A stretch of DNA of 39,645 nt from an uncultured archaeon (lineage in GTDB: Archaea; Aenigmatarchaeota; Aenigmatarchaeia; QMZP01): the NCBI GenBank assembly GCA_964475515.1, contig CAYYWW010000001.1:12611-52255 (forward strand), read 5' to 3'. Below, in pieces: positions 9,214-17,835 of this stretch (the first letter of the stretch is position 1; each line of letters starts with the position of its first letter). The notes beneath the pieces were generated by a model. The model ran no database searches. It saw nothing but the letters and a program-made list of their open reading frames with translations, and was not told the DNA's origin. The position numbers were made by a program, and so were the translations under genes.

Positions 9214-9633
9214 ATGATGAAAAAAATTAAGGCACAGACACTGGTTTTTGAAAATGTTCTGTTATTTGGAATAGGTGTTGCTATATTTGTTCTATGTTAT
9301 GCTGTTTTCACTTCGTACCAACTGTATTTTTCTGGTGTAGGAAATATCGACCAGATGAATAGAATAAAAAACATTATTACATCGAATGTGCTCTTTTTGG
9401 AAGAGAAAGAAACTGCAAATTCTTCAATCATAATAAGAATACCTAGAAAGATAGGTGGTCAAATATACAAGATAAAACTATCAAATGAGGGTGTAAATGT
9501 AAGTACATCAGATTCCTACGTTTTCTCTTCTCTTTATATATTAGACAATTCTTTGTATATTTCAGGAAAAACGACAAGCATCAAGGGCAAAGTTACAATA
9601 TATAAGAGAGGAAACAAAATTATAATAATATAG
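9214..9633 (+). CDS. putative minor pilin / pilus-assembly protein with N-terminal hydrophobic helix
   Basis: MMKKIKAQ|TLVFENVLLFGIGVAIFVLCYAVF, a basic tip followed by a helix. Lies immediately upstream of the ATPase (3-nt spacer). Confidence 0.45.
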   Translation: MMKKIKAQTLVFENVLLFGIGVAIFVLCYAVFTSYQLYFSGVGNIDQMNRIKNIITSNVLFLEEKETANSSIIIRIPRKIGGQIYKIKLSNEGVNVSTSDSYVFSSLYILDNSLYISGKTTSIKGKVTIYKRGNKIIII

Positions 9634-9636
9634 CCT

Positions 9637-11388
9637 ATGTCAGAACTTGTTCCTCGTCCAATAAGTGTACAAAGGATAATAAGAAGATTTAGAAGGGCAA
9701 TTGTTTCAAAAACAAGGGAAAAGGAAGAGAGTTTAGTGACCAAAGGTATAGCAATACCAGTAGCGTTCCCGTACCCACCCGGAGCATTTAAGGAGAAAGA
9801 AAAAAAAGAAGAACCTAAAAAAATAGAGGGTATAGACATAACCACTGAAGGTAGATTCTTTAGATATAAAAGAAAGAGAGATGTGGAAACGGATATAGTA
9901 AACATAAACATAAAATACCCGCTAATTCCGGAAAAACCTAAAAGAGGGGAGCAAATCTATGCTTACGCTAACATAAGATATGATGAGAAAACAAAAAATT
10001 TAGTATACTACTTGATAGAGCCGCCTTTAACAAGAGGGGATATTAATCTTATCGAGGATATAAAAAGGGATTTGGAGGAAAGACTGGATATAGACATAAC
10101 AAAACTGGGCGCTGTTGAAACAGAAGAAATATTAATAGAAGAAATAGAAAACTCTCTCCGAAACATTGGTGTTGAAATAAGTGAATCGAAAAAACGGACA
10201 ATAATATATTATATAAAGAGAGACGCGATGGGCCTTGGAAAAATAGAAGCATTAATGAGAGATCCAAACATAGAAGATATAAGCTGTGACGGTGTTGGTA
10301 TCTATATATATGTATATTACAGAGACCCAAGGATAGGTTCTGTTAAAACCAATATAAAATTTGACACCCAGGATGAACTTGATTCTTTTATAGTAAAGCT
10401 GGCACAGAAATGTAATAAAACCGTATCAATAGCAGAGCCCTTGTTGGATGGGACGTTACCAGATGGTAGCAGAGTCCAAGCAACGTTGGGTAGTGATATC
10501 GCTAGAAGAGGTAGTAATTTTACCATACGAAAATTTACTAAAAATCCGCTAACTCCAACGCATATGTTAAAGTTTAATACATTAAATTCTCTGCAGTTGG
10601 CTTATTTATGGCTTGCTGTAGAGCATGGAAAATCGATTTTGATATCGGGCGGTACAGCTACAGGTAAAACTACTTTATTAAATGTGCTTTCATTATTTAT
10701 ACGTCCAAATCTTAAAGTTGTTAGTATAGAAGATACGTCCGAAATACAGCTACCATTGGAGCACTGGATACCTCATGTTGCCAGATCACCACTATCAATT
10801 AAAGGTAAGACCGGTGAAGTAACGCTGTTTGACCTTCTTAAAGCAAGTTTAAGGCAAAGACCAGATTACATAATTGTTGGTGAGGTTAGGGGTAAAGAAG
10901 CGTTTGTCTTGTTCCAGCAAATGGCTACAGGGCACCCATCACTTGCAACAATACACGCAGCAACAGTACCTCAGTTGATAGATAGGTTGATAACACCTCC
11001 CATATCATTGCCTCCTAGATTACTTGAAAATATAGATATAATTATATTTCTCTCACGTACCCGGATAAGAGGTGAAGTCGTAAGAAGAGCGTCTAAAATA
11101 TTGGAAGTTGTTGGTATTGAAAATGAAAAACCGATCACAAGAACTATCTTTGAATGGAATCCTTCAACGGATAAATTTGAAAAAAGAGAGCCTTCAGTTG
11201 TTCTCAAAAAGATAGCGGAATTGGCAGGTCTGAAAGAAGATGAAGTAATAGGGGAATTGTTTAGAAGAAAAAAAATCATAGAATGGATGTTGGAGCATAA
11301 CATATACGATTATCGTCAAGTAGCAAAAATAATTCATACGTATTATACAGATCCTGAAAGGCTTATGGACTATATTACGAGCGTATAA
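9637..11388 (+). CDS. type IV pilus/archaellum-family secretion ATPase (FlaI/PilB/GspE type)
   Basis: Walker A GGTATGKTT, IEDTSEIQL, PDYIIVGEVRGKEA, ATGHPSLATIHA. Archaeal-type N-terminal domain (YAYANIRYDEKTKNLVYYLIEPPL). Confidence 0.9.
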   Translation: MSELVPRPISVQRIIRRFRRAIVSKTREKEESLVTKGIAIPVAFPYPPGAFKEKEKKEEPKKIEGIDITTEGRFFRYKRKRDVETDIVNINIKYPLIPEKPKRGEQIYAYANIRYDEKTKNLVYYLIEPPLTRGDINLIEDIKRDLEERLDIDITKLGAVETEEILIEEIENSLRNIGVEISESKKRTIIYYIKRDAMGLGKIEALMRDPNIEDISCDGVGIYIYVYYRDPRIGSVKTNIKFDTQDELDSFIVKLAQKCNKTVSIAEPLLDGTLPDGSRVQATLGSDIARRGSNFTIRKFTKNPLTPTHMLKFNTLNSLQLAYLWLAVEHGKSILISGGTATGKTTLLNVLSLFIRPNLKVVSIEDTSEIQLPLEHWIPHVARSPLSIKGKTGEVTLFDLLKASLRQRPDYIIVGEVRGKEAFVLFQQMATGHPSLATIHAATVPQLIDRLITPPISLPPRLLENIDIIIFLSRTRIRGEVVRRASKILEVVGIENEKPITRTIFEWNPSTDKFEKREPSVVLKKIAELAGLKEDEVIGELFRRKKIIEWMLEHNIYDYRQVAKIIHTYYTDPERLMDYITSV

Positions 11389-11464
11389 ATCTATTTAGAC
11401 GGTTATTGAAATTGAATCTTTTCAAATAAATTTAATTAATCTGCAACAACAATTTTAATTATAT

Positions 11465-12313
11465 ATGTTTACTAAATTTGCTTTCCGTATTTTTGGTAGT
11501 ATTGTAAAACAATACATAGAGTATTTCGATACGCTTAAAATAAATCTCAAAAGAGCCGGATTTCAGATGACAATAGAAGAGTACGTGTCGTTGATGTGTT
11601 TTATCACGCTTCTCGTTTTCATGTTTTCATTCATTCTTGGGACAGTTTATATAACATATTTTATACCTCACGTGGCTTATACATATACACTCGGTATAAT
11701 AATAGCACTAGGGACCAGCGCTCTCACTGTTTTTTTACTATACTTTTATCCTTCATTAAAGGCGTCGGAATATAGAAAAAAAATTGATTTTTCACTACCA
11801 TTTGTTGCATTCTATATGACCACTACCGCGTCTTCGGGTGTAAATCCAGTTGAAATATTTAAAGTGCTCTCTCTAAGAGGTGGTGTAGTTGGAGAAGAAG
11901 CAAAAAAAATATATACAAATGTTAAAACACTTGGCTTAAATCTTGTAGATGTCTTAGCAAAAACCGCGACAACGACACCATCAGCAGATTTTGCCGATTT
12001 ATTGTGGGGTATGGTGTCTGTAATAACCGCTGGTGGTGATCTAGAGGGGTATTTGAAAAGTAAAACAGAAACGTTGATGAATAAATACAGAAGAGTTTTG
12101 AATGAATATGCAAAACAAATAACAATATATATGGAAATATATGTAACATTGGTAATTGTTGGTAGTCTCTTTTTCGTTGTTCTCACAGCTATAATTTCTC
12201 CTCTGACAGGACTGGGTGTTTTATTCTTACAGACATTTCTGGTATTTTTCTTCGTTCCTCTTGTATCAATTGGCTTTATAGTACTACTAAAAAATATATA
12301 TCCGGGTGAATAG
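11465..12313 (+). CDS. T2SSF-family pilus platform protein, half-size (single T2SSF domain)
   Basis: LPFVAFYMTTTASSGVNPVEIFKVL...ADLLWGMVSVITAGGDLEGYLKSK, followed by TM helices. Pattern matches FlaJ/TadC-type proteins. Confidence 0.8.
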   Translation: MFTKFAFRIFGSIVKQYIEYFDTLKINLKRAGFQMTIEEYVSLMCFITLLVFMFSFILGTVYITYFIPHVAYTYTLGIIIALGTSALTVFLLYFYPSLKASEYRKKIDFSLPFVAFYMTTTASSGVNPVEIFKVLSLRGGVVGEEAKKIYTNVKTLGLNLVDVLAKTATTTPSADFADLLWGMVSVITAGGDLEGYLKSKTETLMNKYRRVLNEYAKQITIYMEIYVTLVIVGSLFFVVLTAIISPLTGLGVLFLQTFLVFFFVPLVSIGFIVLLKNIYPGE

Positions 12314-12314
12314 T

Positions 12315-13241
12315 ATGGGTATAGAACTATCCCAAAAAAAGAAGGTAACAATAATATCTTCGGTTGTCAGTGTTTGGCTTATAATAATGGGTGTTATATC
12401 AGGAGATCCCGGAGTTTTTGGAAATCTTTTTGTACTTGCAATGTTTGCTTTTATAATACCACAATTTTTGCATAGATATGCAAGATATGTGTGGATAAAG
12501 GATATCGAACAGGAATTTCCTAATTTCATAAGAGGTGTGGCTGATTCTATAAGATCAGGCATGTCATTCAAAGAAGCCATAAAAATTGCATCTAAATCTC
12601 GATATGGAAAGCTCACGGATGAAATCAAGGGTATGAGTAACAGATTACAGTGGGGCGTAGATTTTTTAAGAGTAATGGATATATTTGCCGAACGTGTCGA
12701 AGAATCCAAACTTATAAGAGAGTCAATAGCAATCATAAAAGAGTCTTTTAAGTCAGGCGGTAACGTTGCGGACACGCTCGATTCGATAGCGAGAAATATA
12801 GTAATGTTCAAAGAAGTTGAAGCGGAAAGAGAATCTCTCGTAAGACAACATGTGATGATAATGTATGGCATCTTTTTTATGTTCATGGGCATAGCATTGA
12901 CCACTATATTTGTCATGGTTCCTGTTATAAAATCGCAGCCTGAAACAATGACACAAGACCTCGCTTTTCAATTCGTTAATCCTTGTCAATCGCACACAGG
13001 GTTTCCATGTAACTACTTCAGCATGGTTGGTGCATTTTTGGGTATTCCTGAAGGTATATCCATGTATTATACAGCGTTGTTTTTTAGTGTTGTCATAATT
13101 TTAAGTATCTTTGTTGGTCTGATTGTTGGCCAACTGGGTGAAAACTCAATACTGGCAGGTGCAAAACACTCAATAATAATGGCAACCATAGCCATAGCCG
13201 TGTTTGTTTTCCTAGCCAAGGCTGGACTGTTGCCGGTCTAG
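12315..13241 (+). CDS. T2SSF-family pilus platform protein, second half-size paralogue
   Basis: EFPNFIRGVADSIRSGMSFKEAIKIA...RESIAIIKESFKSGGNVADTLDSIARN plus TM helices. ATG at 12315 is preceded by GGGTGA; the ORF track starts at the GTG at 12306, overlapping the upstream gene by 8 nt. Confidence 0.75.
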   Translation: MGIELSQKKKVTIISSVVSVWLIIMGVISGDPGVFGNLFVLAMFAFIIPQFLHRYARYVWIKDIEQEFPNFIRGVADSIRSGMSFKEAIKIASKSRYGKLTDEIKGMSNRLQWGVDFLRVMDIFAERVEESKLIRESIAIIKESFKSGGNVADTLDSIARNIVMFKEVEAERESLVRQHVMIMYGIFFMFMGIALTTIFVMVPVIKSQPETMTQDLAFQFVNPCQSHTGFPCNYFSMVGAFLGIPEGISMYYTALFFSVVIILSIFVGLIVGQLGENSILAGAKHSIIMATIAIAVFVFLAKAGLLPV

Positions 13242-13263
13242 TTAAACCTGTTAAAGTTTTAAT

Positions 13264-13884
13264 ATGGAAAGGGAAATTTCGAGGCAATTGGTGCATTTAT
13301 CTGGTTTGCTTTTTGTAGTTGCGGCTCAGTTTATAGATACGTTGCTTTTATCTTCTTATTTTCTTTTGATATCTGTTGTTTTTTTATTTTATTCACAGTA
13401 TGTAAAATCGGAAGAGAAAAGAATACATAGACTCTTGGATAAAATGGAAGGGAAAATAAGAAAGATAGCAATTGGTCTTGAAAGAGAAAATATCCAACGA
13501 CCGTTTGTGGGGGCGTTTTGGTTTTATTTTTCTTCAGCATTAGTGTTTTTATTGTTTCCTTTAAATATAGCATCAGCTGCTGTTCTTATACTCGCTGTTT
13601 CAGATAGTCTATCAACAATTGTTGGTATAAAGTTTGGTAAACACAAAGTACTCGGAAACAAGACATTAGAGGGTATTATTGTTTTCTTCTTTTCTGGTTT
13701 TCTTTCTTTAATCTTTTTACCCTTCACAAAGGCATTTTTTGCATCGACTGTCGCGACTTTTTCTGAGATTCTCCCTGAGTTTAAAAATTTCAAGAGAATT
13801 AAAGAAACTGGCATTCTGGACGATAACTGGACGATTCCTATGATAACTGCAACCGCCCTTTACACATTTACTCTGTTGACTTGA
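13264..13884 (+). CDS. polyprenol (dolichol/phytol) kinase-family membrane protein
   Basis: N-terminal E..R..VH.SG and C-terminal VSDSLSTIVGIKFGKHKVLGNKTLEGIIVFF match the CTP-dependent dolichol-kinase/cytidylyltransferase-family pattern (D..A..VG...G....KT.EG). Multi-TM. Confidence 0.6.
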   Translation: MEREISRQLVHLSGLLFVVAAQFIDTLLLSSYFLLISVVFLFYSQYVKSEEKRIHRLLDKMEGKIRKIAIGLERENIQRPFVGAFWFYFSSALVFLLFPLNIASAAVLILAVSDSLSTIVGIKFGKHKVLGNKTLEGIIVFFFSGFLSLIFLPFTKAFFASTVATFSEILPEFKNFKRIKETGILDDNWTIPMITATALYTFTLLT

Positions 13885-14431
13885 GCTCTATAATACCAAA
13901 CATCAGTAAATTTTTCATTGCTAAAAGAAAATCCTTTTTTTCATCTTTGAATTTGTCTTTCAATTCTTCAAATGTATAGTCATTTCTAGATAGTTCCTTT
14001 ATTATTTCTGCTGTTATACCTTCAAATTTAAACGGTACTTCATCAAGTGAAACGTAAACTCCTTTTCTGTCCTTTTCTTTAAAATCCGAAACAAGCGATC
14101 CCCTGAATATGATTTGTTTTCCTTTAAAATCTATTTTTGGCTCGTTTATTACAAATTCAAATCTCAAAACATTCGGAACAAGTCTATAGATCTTTATAGG
14201 CCGCTCATCTATAGATATTGCCTTCCACTTCGCTTTGACTATATTATATTTTCTCAATTCATTTAAACATCTGGAAACAGTCGACGGTGAAATATTTAAT
14301 TCTCGGGCGATTTTACTCGGTGGTGTCGGTCCTTTTTCTTTCAAATAATCGAGTATATTTTTTATTGTTAGGTTTGATAGCAGTCTGAAAGTTTTTACAG
14401 CATCTTCATTTTGTTGAACTATCACTTTCAT
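13868..14431 (-). CDS. winged-helix (ArsR/MarR-like) transcriptional regulator with C-terminal domain
   Basis: ILDYLKEKGPTPPSKIARELNISPSTVSRCLNELRKYNIV is an HTH motif. The 3' end overlaps the convergent gene by 17 nt. Confidence 0.65.
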   Translation of the reverse strand: MKVIVQQNEDAVKTFRLLSNLTIKNILDYLKEKGPTPPSKIARELNISPSTVSRCLNELRKYNIVKAKWKAISIDERPIKIYRLVPNVLRFEFVINEPKIDFKGKQIIFRGSLVSDFKEKDRKGVYVSLDEVPFKFEGITAEIIKELSRNDYTFEELKDKFKDEKKDFLLAMKNLLMFGIIELKSTE

Positions 14432-14616
14432 ATTTAATAAAATGGTTGATGAATTTATAAACTTTATTTTTATATAAGCGCAATAAATTTCAAAAAAAAT
14501 AATATAATTTCTATGAAATGAATTAATTGTATTGTAAAATAATATATATTTTATTTTTTTGAAAATAGTATTTCAAAAATCGATAAGTTTTTAAATTAAT
14601 TTGTTTATGCATTGGT

Positions 14617-15546
14617 ATGGGTGAGGGGAGACTCTGTATAATAGGTGGAGAGAAAAGTGAGAGTAATATTAAATTAATAGAAGAGGCCAAAAAGCGCTTT
14701 GACTCTGTATTTTTTGTTCCTATATCAGGAATCCATATAGGTCTAACGGATAGGTTTAGTATCACTTACAGGACAACGGATTTATTGAAATTCGACGCGA
14801 TTCTTCCAAGAATCCCCCGTTATTTCAGTTCGTATGCATATCAACTTCTTTCCCTTTTTCCCGAAGATACGTTCATGGCTATTAAACCAATATCATTTCT
14901 TTTGGCATGTGAGAGGTTTTTCCTCCTCACAGTGCTAAGAAAAAGAAACATAGAAACAATAAATCTCCGACTTACGCACACAAAAAACGCTGCGTTAAGA
15001 GTACTTGAAGAAAACGGTTTTCCACTAATAATAAGAACTCCCAACAAAAAAACAGGAGTATTCGTCGCTAATGAAACAGAAGCTAAAACAATAATAGATG
15101 CTTTTACAGCATTGAAACAACCCATACTCATAGAAGATGTTATAAAGGATATGGTAAGTGTCTATGTGGTTGAACCTGAGGTTATAGGAGCTGTCAAAAA
15201 GAGGTCAGAAGAGAAAGATATTGTTTTCTCCAAAGGAAAAATAAAATCATTTAAATTGAAGCCAGAAATAGAACAACTTGCATTGGATGCGGCTAAATCA
15301 ATAGAAGCACAAATAGCAAGGGTAGATATAACAACATCTGATATACCGAAGGTTGTTAATGTAGAGCTAAATCCAAATCTTATAACACCTAGTAAGGTGA
15401 TGGGAAAGAATATTGTAGAAAAACTCATAAAAAATGTATATGAAAACTACAAGGCGCATAAAGAAAAACCTGTTCTCATTAAATTTTTTGAGGATGCAAA
15501 ATCCGTTATGAAGGATGTATTGAAAGGTAAGCAGATAATGATATAA
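14617..15546 (+). CDS. ATP-grasp ligase, RimK/LysX-like
   Basis: Shows the ATP-grasp order: PLIIRTPNKKTGVFVANETEA, PILIEDVIKDMVSVYVVEPEVIGAVKK, ARVDITTSDIPKVVNVELNPNL. Confidence 0.65.
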   Translation: MGEGRLCIIGGEKSESNIKLIEEAKKRFDSVFFVPISGIHIGLTDRFSITYRTTDLLKFDAILPRIPRYFSSYAYQLLSLFPEDTFMAIKPISFLLACERFFLLTVLRKRNIETINLRLTHTKNAALRVLEENGFPLIIRTPNKKTGVFVANETEAKTIIDAFTALKQPILIEDVIKDMVSVYVVEPEVIGAVKKRSEEKDIVFSKGKIKSFKLKPEIEQLALDAAKSIEAQIARVDITTSDIPKVVNVELNPNLITPSKVMGKNIVEKLIKNVYENYKAHKEKPVLIKFFEDAKSVMKDVLKGKQIMI

Positions 15547-15588
15547 CTATTTTATAATTTTCGTTAAATTAATTATAAAGGAGTTTAT

Positions 15589-16425
15589 ATGAGTCCAAAG
15601 GAATTTTTAGAAGCATTTGGTGCGAAGGTTCTGATGTTTTTACAAAAACTCATACCGGAATATATACTTCCAAATTTGCAGCTCATAATACAAGTTCTAA
15701 TATTGATGTTTCTGGCTTTTATCATAGGTAGAGCACTCAAAACTATAACAATAAAAATATTGAAATCTCTCGGTCTCAAAAGAATAACAACAAGAACATG
15801 GACTGAGAGTGTAATTAAATTTACTGGTTACAGAGGTAATGTTGTTGAATTAATTGCAGATCTTGTTAAGTGGCTTGTTTATATTGTTTTTCTTTCCCTT
15901 ATAATAGAGACAGTTGGTTTACCTGGGATAGCTGGTTTGTTTAATCAAGTCGCAGCTTTTATGCCAAGATTTATAGGCGCCATTGTTACTATTGTTGTTG
16001 GTTTTATAATAGCAGATTTCTTTGGTAAAGTATTTGAAGAAGCTGTGAGAAAGTTTTCTCAAGACGATATTTTGTCCAGAATATCAGGTGGAATGATAAA
16101 GTATTCAATAGCTATTATATCTATTATAATGTCTTTGTCTTTGATAGGATTGGACGCAACTTCATTAACAGTGATGTTCTCTGCTGTGTTAATAACCATG
16201 ATATCTTTACTTATCATAGGGTTGAGAGATTTGCTTCCGAATTATTCTGCAGGTTTTCACATAAAGAACCAATATAAAGTAGGCCAGAAAATAAAGATCG
16301 GTCAATATTCAGGTATCATACAAAAAATATACCCCTTGAATGTGGTTTTGAACACAAAAGATGGTGTTGTGACAATACCGAATTCTCTTCTGTTAAAAGA
16401 ACCTGTTAAAACACTGAAAAAATAA
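15589..16425 (+). CDS. MscS-like mechanosensitive-channel family membrane protein (short form)
   Basis: Several TM helices followed by GQKIKIGQYSGIIQKIYPLNVVLNTKDGVVTIPNSLL, the MscS beta-domain pattern. It ends without the usual C-terminal alpha/beta domain. Confidence 0.5.
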   Translation: MSPKEFLEAFGAKVLMFLQKLIPEYILPNLQLIIQVLILMFLAFIIGRALKTITIKILKSLGLKRITTRTWTESVIKFTGYRGNVVELIADLVKWLVYIVFLSLIIETVGLPGIAGLFNQVAAFMPRFIGAIVTIVVGFIIADFFGKVFEEAVRKFSQDDILSRISGGMIKYSIAIISIIMSLSLIGLDATSLTVMFSAVLITMISLLIIGLRDLLPNYSAGFHIKNQYKVGQKIKIGQYSGIIQKIYPLNVVLNTKDGVVTIPNSLLLKEPVKTLKK

Positions 16426-16426
16426 A

Positions 16427-16612
16427 TGGGCCCGCCGAGATTTCCAGCCTTCTTTGAAACTATTTCTGGAGTTTCTTTGCAACAATGAATCTGTAGAGAA
16501 AGCCTTTGAACTCGGGTCGCCAGCACCCCAAGCTGAAATGCTAGACCATTTTAGGAAGCAAGGTCTCCATTTCTTTATTAGGAAACCTTGCCTCAAGCTA
16601 CACCACGGGCCC
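16427..16612 (-). tRNA. tRNA-Pro(GGG), two non-canonical introns
   Basis: Minus strand reads GGGCCCG-TG-GTGT-AGCTTG[47 nt]GTCTA-GCAT-T-TCAGC-TTGGGGT-GCTGG-CGAC-CCGAG-TTCAAA[64 nt]T-CTCGG-CGGGCCC-A. Removing + coords 16547-16593 and 16441-16504 gives a 75-nt cloverleaf. The anticodon loop is intact. Confidence 0.85.
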
Positions 16613-16650
16613 AGACTATAAAATATTTAATCCTTTTAAAAATAAAAAAC

Positions 16651-17499
16651 TCAAGCATATCGGTAAATATTTCTTATACTGTTTATATTTTCCATTCTTT
16701 TTTCAGCAGGCATGGCTGTTCTGAAGAGGTACCAAAACACCTTTTGGCACCACTCTATCCAGTCCTCATCGTATATTTCATAGAATAGAAGTATCCTTTC
16801 ATCCAATTCGCCTTTCTGATAATCCAGTGGGTTTAACATCTCTCTAAACCGTGCTACTTTATCATCAATAACAAATCCTCTTAGAGGCTGTTCTCTATGT
16901 CTTATTTCTATCATGTTCTTTCCAACGATTTCATTGATTTGAAGTAATTTTTTTACATTTCTCATGCTATCTATGGTAACCCTCGTTAAAACTCTTATTG
17001 ATACGTTATTTCTTGCTAAATCTTCAATTATATCAATGATTTTTTCTCCTCTTTCCCTAACATTTATCCATGAAAGGTTACCAGAGAAACTTAAAACTTG
17101 GTTCTGGGCACGCTTAAGATGATCTTTAATTTTATCGTGTATACGCTCTTTTTCTGCATTAACTATCACAGCGTTTCTCTTCTCGGCATCTACGTATTGG
17201 TATATATCAAATGGCGAAAAATCCATTTTCTTCGCCGTTTCTATCTTTTTAAGGAGTCTTTCCTGAAATTCAGTCGAGTGTATTTTCTCTATATTTCTCC
17301 AATAAACAATTTTCAGAGCTCCTCTCGTTCCCTTTCTAAATGTTCTTACAGAAATTGTGCCGTTTTCACGCATGATTTTTTCCACATATCTATCAGCCGT
17401 TTTCCAACTCTTCTTGATAAGTCTGGCAATTTCTTCTATCGTTCTGGGTTTTATATAAACAAAATCGTTTATTTTTTTAATGGTTTTATTGTCTAACAT
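16651..17499 (-). CDS. wHTH regulator with TrmB-like / PLD-fold-like C-terminal domain
   Basis: N-terminal RTIEEIARLIKKSWKTADRYVEKIMRENG is a wHTH motif. The C-terminal ...IRHREQPLRGFVIDDKVARFRE resembles the TrmB-family effector domain. Assignment by pattern only. Confidence 0.45.
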   Translation of the reverse strand: MLDNKTIKKINDFVYIKPRTIEEIARLIKKSWKTADRYVEKIMRENGTISVRTFRKGTRGALKIVYWRNIEKIHSTEFQERLLKKIETAKKMDFSPFDIYQYVDAEKRNAVIVNAEKERIHDKIKDHLKRAQNQVLSFSGNLSWINVRERGEKIIDIIEDLARNNVSIRVLTRVTIDSMRNVKKLLQINEIVGKNMIEIRHREQPLRGFVIDDKVARFREMLNPLDYQKGELDERILLFYEIYDEDWIEWCQKVFWYLFRTAMPAEKRMENINSIRNIYRYA

Positions 17500-17541
17500 C
17501 GTTGAATTTTTGGTATTTGAGATATTTAAATGTAAAACTAT

Positions 17542-17835
17542 ATGGACAATTTTTTTCCTTTAATATGGATAAAAAGTAAAACTATAATTACATTTCGGGT
17601 GATATCTTTGGTGTGTAGAGTTTGTGACAGATGTGGAAAAAACTCACAAGACGTCGTTCTTGTGGAAAACTTACCTGTATATCGTCCAGTAATTGATGAA
17701 AAAGGAAGAGAAACACTCGAATATGTTGGTTTAGACACATATCTCTGTCAGAAATGCATAGAAGAATACAGATCGGACAATTTCAGATTAAGTAGCACGG
17801 CATTAAATATGGCGACGGGTTATGATATCGCTTAA
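17542..17835 (+). CDS. small zinc-ribbon protein (CxxCxxC ... CxxC); start uncertain
   Basis: CRVCDRCGK ... CQKC. The hydrophobic first 20 codons may not be translated: in-frame GTGs at 17599 and 17611, and a TATA-like ATATTTAAAT at about 17521. The 3' end overlaps the next ATG. Confidence 0.45.
   Translation: MDNFFPLIWIKSKTIITFRVISLVCRVCDRCGKNSQDVVLVENLPVYRPVIDEKGRETLEYVGLDTYLCQKCIEEYRSDNFRLSSTALNMATGYDIA

Noticed and set aside
11812-12916. 179-aa and 209-aa minus ORFs antisense to the two platform genes
   Set aside because: The + strand products carry recognisable T2SSF motifs and TM helices. The antisense products have none.
16302-16788. Short ORFs (16302-16526, 16393-16596, 16588-16788) covering the tRNA-Pro region
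   Set aside because: The region is explained by the two-intron tRNA-Pro and the ends of flanking genes. The ORFs have no start context.
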